From Candidatus Campbellbacteria bacterium (GTDB lineage: Bacteria; Patescibacteriota; Minisyncoccia; Phycocordibacterales; JAXHMZ01), in assembly GCA_034521025.1 (NCBI GenBank), contig JAXHMZ010000003.1:79726-143725 (forward strand): 64,000 bases of DNA, given 5' to 3'. Numbering within the stretch: position 1 is the first letter of the stretch; each line of letters begins with the position of its first letter. The position numbers and the translations under genes are program-made. The notes beneath the pieces were generated by a model, which did no database searches, had not been told where the DNA came from, and saw only the letters and a program-made list of their open reading frames with translations. Shown in pieces: positions 62,433 to 64,000 of the stretch.

Positions 62433-63255
62433 TGCCCTTTATTATTCTCTTCAATAGACTTGGCAACATTTTCAAAAAGCTTGATTACCGTTATCGGACC
62501 GACTCCTCCCGGCACAGGTGTAACCAAAGAAGCTTTTTCATAGACCTGCCTATCTACATCCCCTGACACTTCACCGGCAGACTCACTGGTCCCGGCATCT
62601 ATCAATACAACTCCCTCTTTGACCATATCCTTATCAATGAGACCAGCCTTGCCGACTCCGGTAACGATCAGATCAAACTCTCTGAGGCGATTCAGGTCCG
62701 AGTCGACTGTCAAACATCTCAAATGCTGCGCCTTTGTTCTCCAGCAAAAGAGAAGACTGGCTTCCCTACCAAATTTCCATAACCAACAATGGCTATTTTT
62801 TTATCTAGAAGGTCTATATTATTGCGCGACAAGATCTCTTCCACCGCTGCTGCTACCGGTGGCACGAACACATTTTCATTTTTCCGGTAAAGCTCGAGCG
62901 CGTTCGGAGAAAGACAGTCAATATCTTTTTCCTTTGGCACAATATCCAAAAATGTTTCCCGATTAAAGTACGAAGGCAGAGGCAGCTGCACCACTACCCC
63001 GTCAGATCTTCCGACTACGAGAGACTGTAGGATCTTTTCAGCAACTGATTCTATAGTGTTTTCGGGTAATTCATGAATATGAAGATCAACTCCAATTCTC
63101 TTTGCCACTCGTCTTTTGATGTTCAAAAAAGACCTGGTGGAAGGATCCTCACCAAAACTAAGAAAATCAATGTGCGGTTCTTTGTCGTACGCGGCGAAAG
63201 TTTTCTTTAGTTTACTCTCTATATCTCGCGCGATTTTTCTACCATCTACTATCAT
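62429..63255 (-). CDS. folD: Methylenetetrahydrofolate dehydrogenase/cyclohydrolase, frameshifted near 62745
   Basis: MIVDGR, VQLPLP, EKDID, LVGKP, IDAG, GDVD and TPVPGGVGPIT motifs. Confidence 0.9.
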
Positions 63256-63280
63256 ATAAGAATATCTGCTATCTTATTGC

Positions 63281-64000
63281 CTATTTCCCTAAAATCACTC
63301 TCGTCCTTTCCTCTGGTAGTTTCCGCCGCGGTTCCTCAGCCGAATTCCGGAAGGCTCTGCGGACTTCTTTCATCAAAAGGTATAGTGTTTTTGTTCGTAA
63401 CGATTCCTTCCACCTCCAATTTCTCCGCTGCCTCATCACCCGAAACTCCTTTTCCTTCCTGCCAAGTATCAACGAGCAAGAGGTGCGTGTCTGTGCCTCC
63501 TGAAACCAAACGCAATCCTCTTTCGCTTAGCGTGTCCGCGAGTGCCTTTGCGTTTTTAGCCACGTCTTCGGCGTAAGTCTTGAATTCAGGCTTTAGTGCT
63601 TCAGTAAAGGCTACTGCCATAGCCGCTATCTTATTCATATGAGGCCCGCCTTGGATCCCGGGGAAAACCGCTTTGTCTATTTTCGCGGCATATTCCGGAG
63701 AAGAAAATATTATCGCGCCACGCGGACCGCGAAGAGTTTTGTGGGTGGTGGTCATCACGGTATCGGCAACCGAAAAAGGCGATTGATGAACACCACCTAC
63801 GACCAATCCGGCAATATGTGAAATGTCCGCGTGCAGATAAGCCCCGACAGAATCGGCTATCTCTCGCAACTTCCTAAAATCTACCTCGCGCGGATAAGCG
63901 GTAAAACCGGCAACTATCATCTTGGGTTTCGTCTCTACAGCGATCTTTTTTAGCTCGTCATAATCGATCATCTCTGTATCTCGCGATACTCCGAATTTCT
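63281..64000 (-). CDS. glyA: Serine hydroxymethyltransferase, C-terminal part (frameshift near 63345)
   Basis: D.SHIAGL, TTTHKTLRGPRG, FPG.QGGP, SGGTD.HL and NKN.IPFD motifs. Confidence 0.94.

Noticed and set aside
60425-63350. Fragmented secD, folD and glyA
   Set aside because: Multiple indels across adjacent conserved genes with otherwise intact motifs fit sequencing error better than decay; read mapping would confirm.

Overview
Chromosomal window of a small-genome bacterium, most likely Patescibacteria/CPR (Parcubacteria-like). This rests on the divergent stand-alone 16S gene, compact housekeeping genes, AspRS without the GAD insert, a VirD4/TraD-like ATPase, coiled-coil wall hydrolases and an acidic proteome. 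Most genes are minus-strand housekeeping genes: dnaB, cysS, gltX, aspS, trpS, gatB, prfA, rpl/rpm genes, mur/mraY/ftsW, scpAB, the non-oxidative pentose phosphate cluster, gap, obgE, secA/D/F, folD and glyA. Several are split by probable assembly indels. Main observation: the 16S rRNA 3' tail has lost the anti-Shine-Dalgarno (GGAAUAUUU instead of GGAUCACCUCC), and housekeeping genes are leaderless or SD-less. Yet about eight self-contained ORFan cassettes lie between them, typically with a near-consensus sigma70 promoter, a strong canonical SD and an intrinsic terminator. They look written for a different, possibly host, ribosome. Other findings are a nested 'Russian-doll' array of tRNA-Ile halves with a covarying inserted hairpin, a candidate ~65-nt sRNA complementary to the loop of a long hairpin covering the murB start, a T-box upstream of aspS, and a short insertion that duplicated the murD 5' end.
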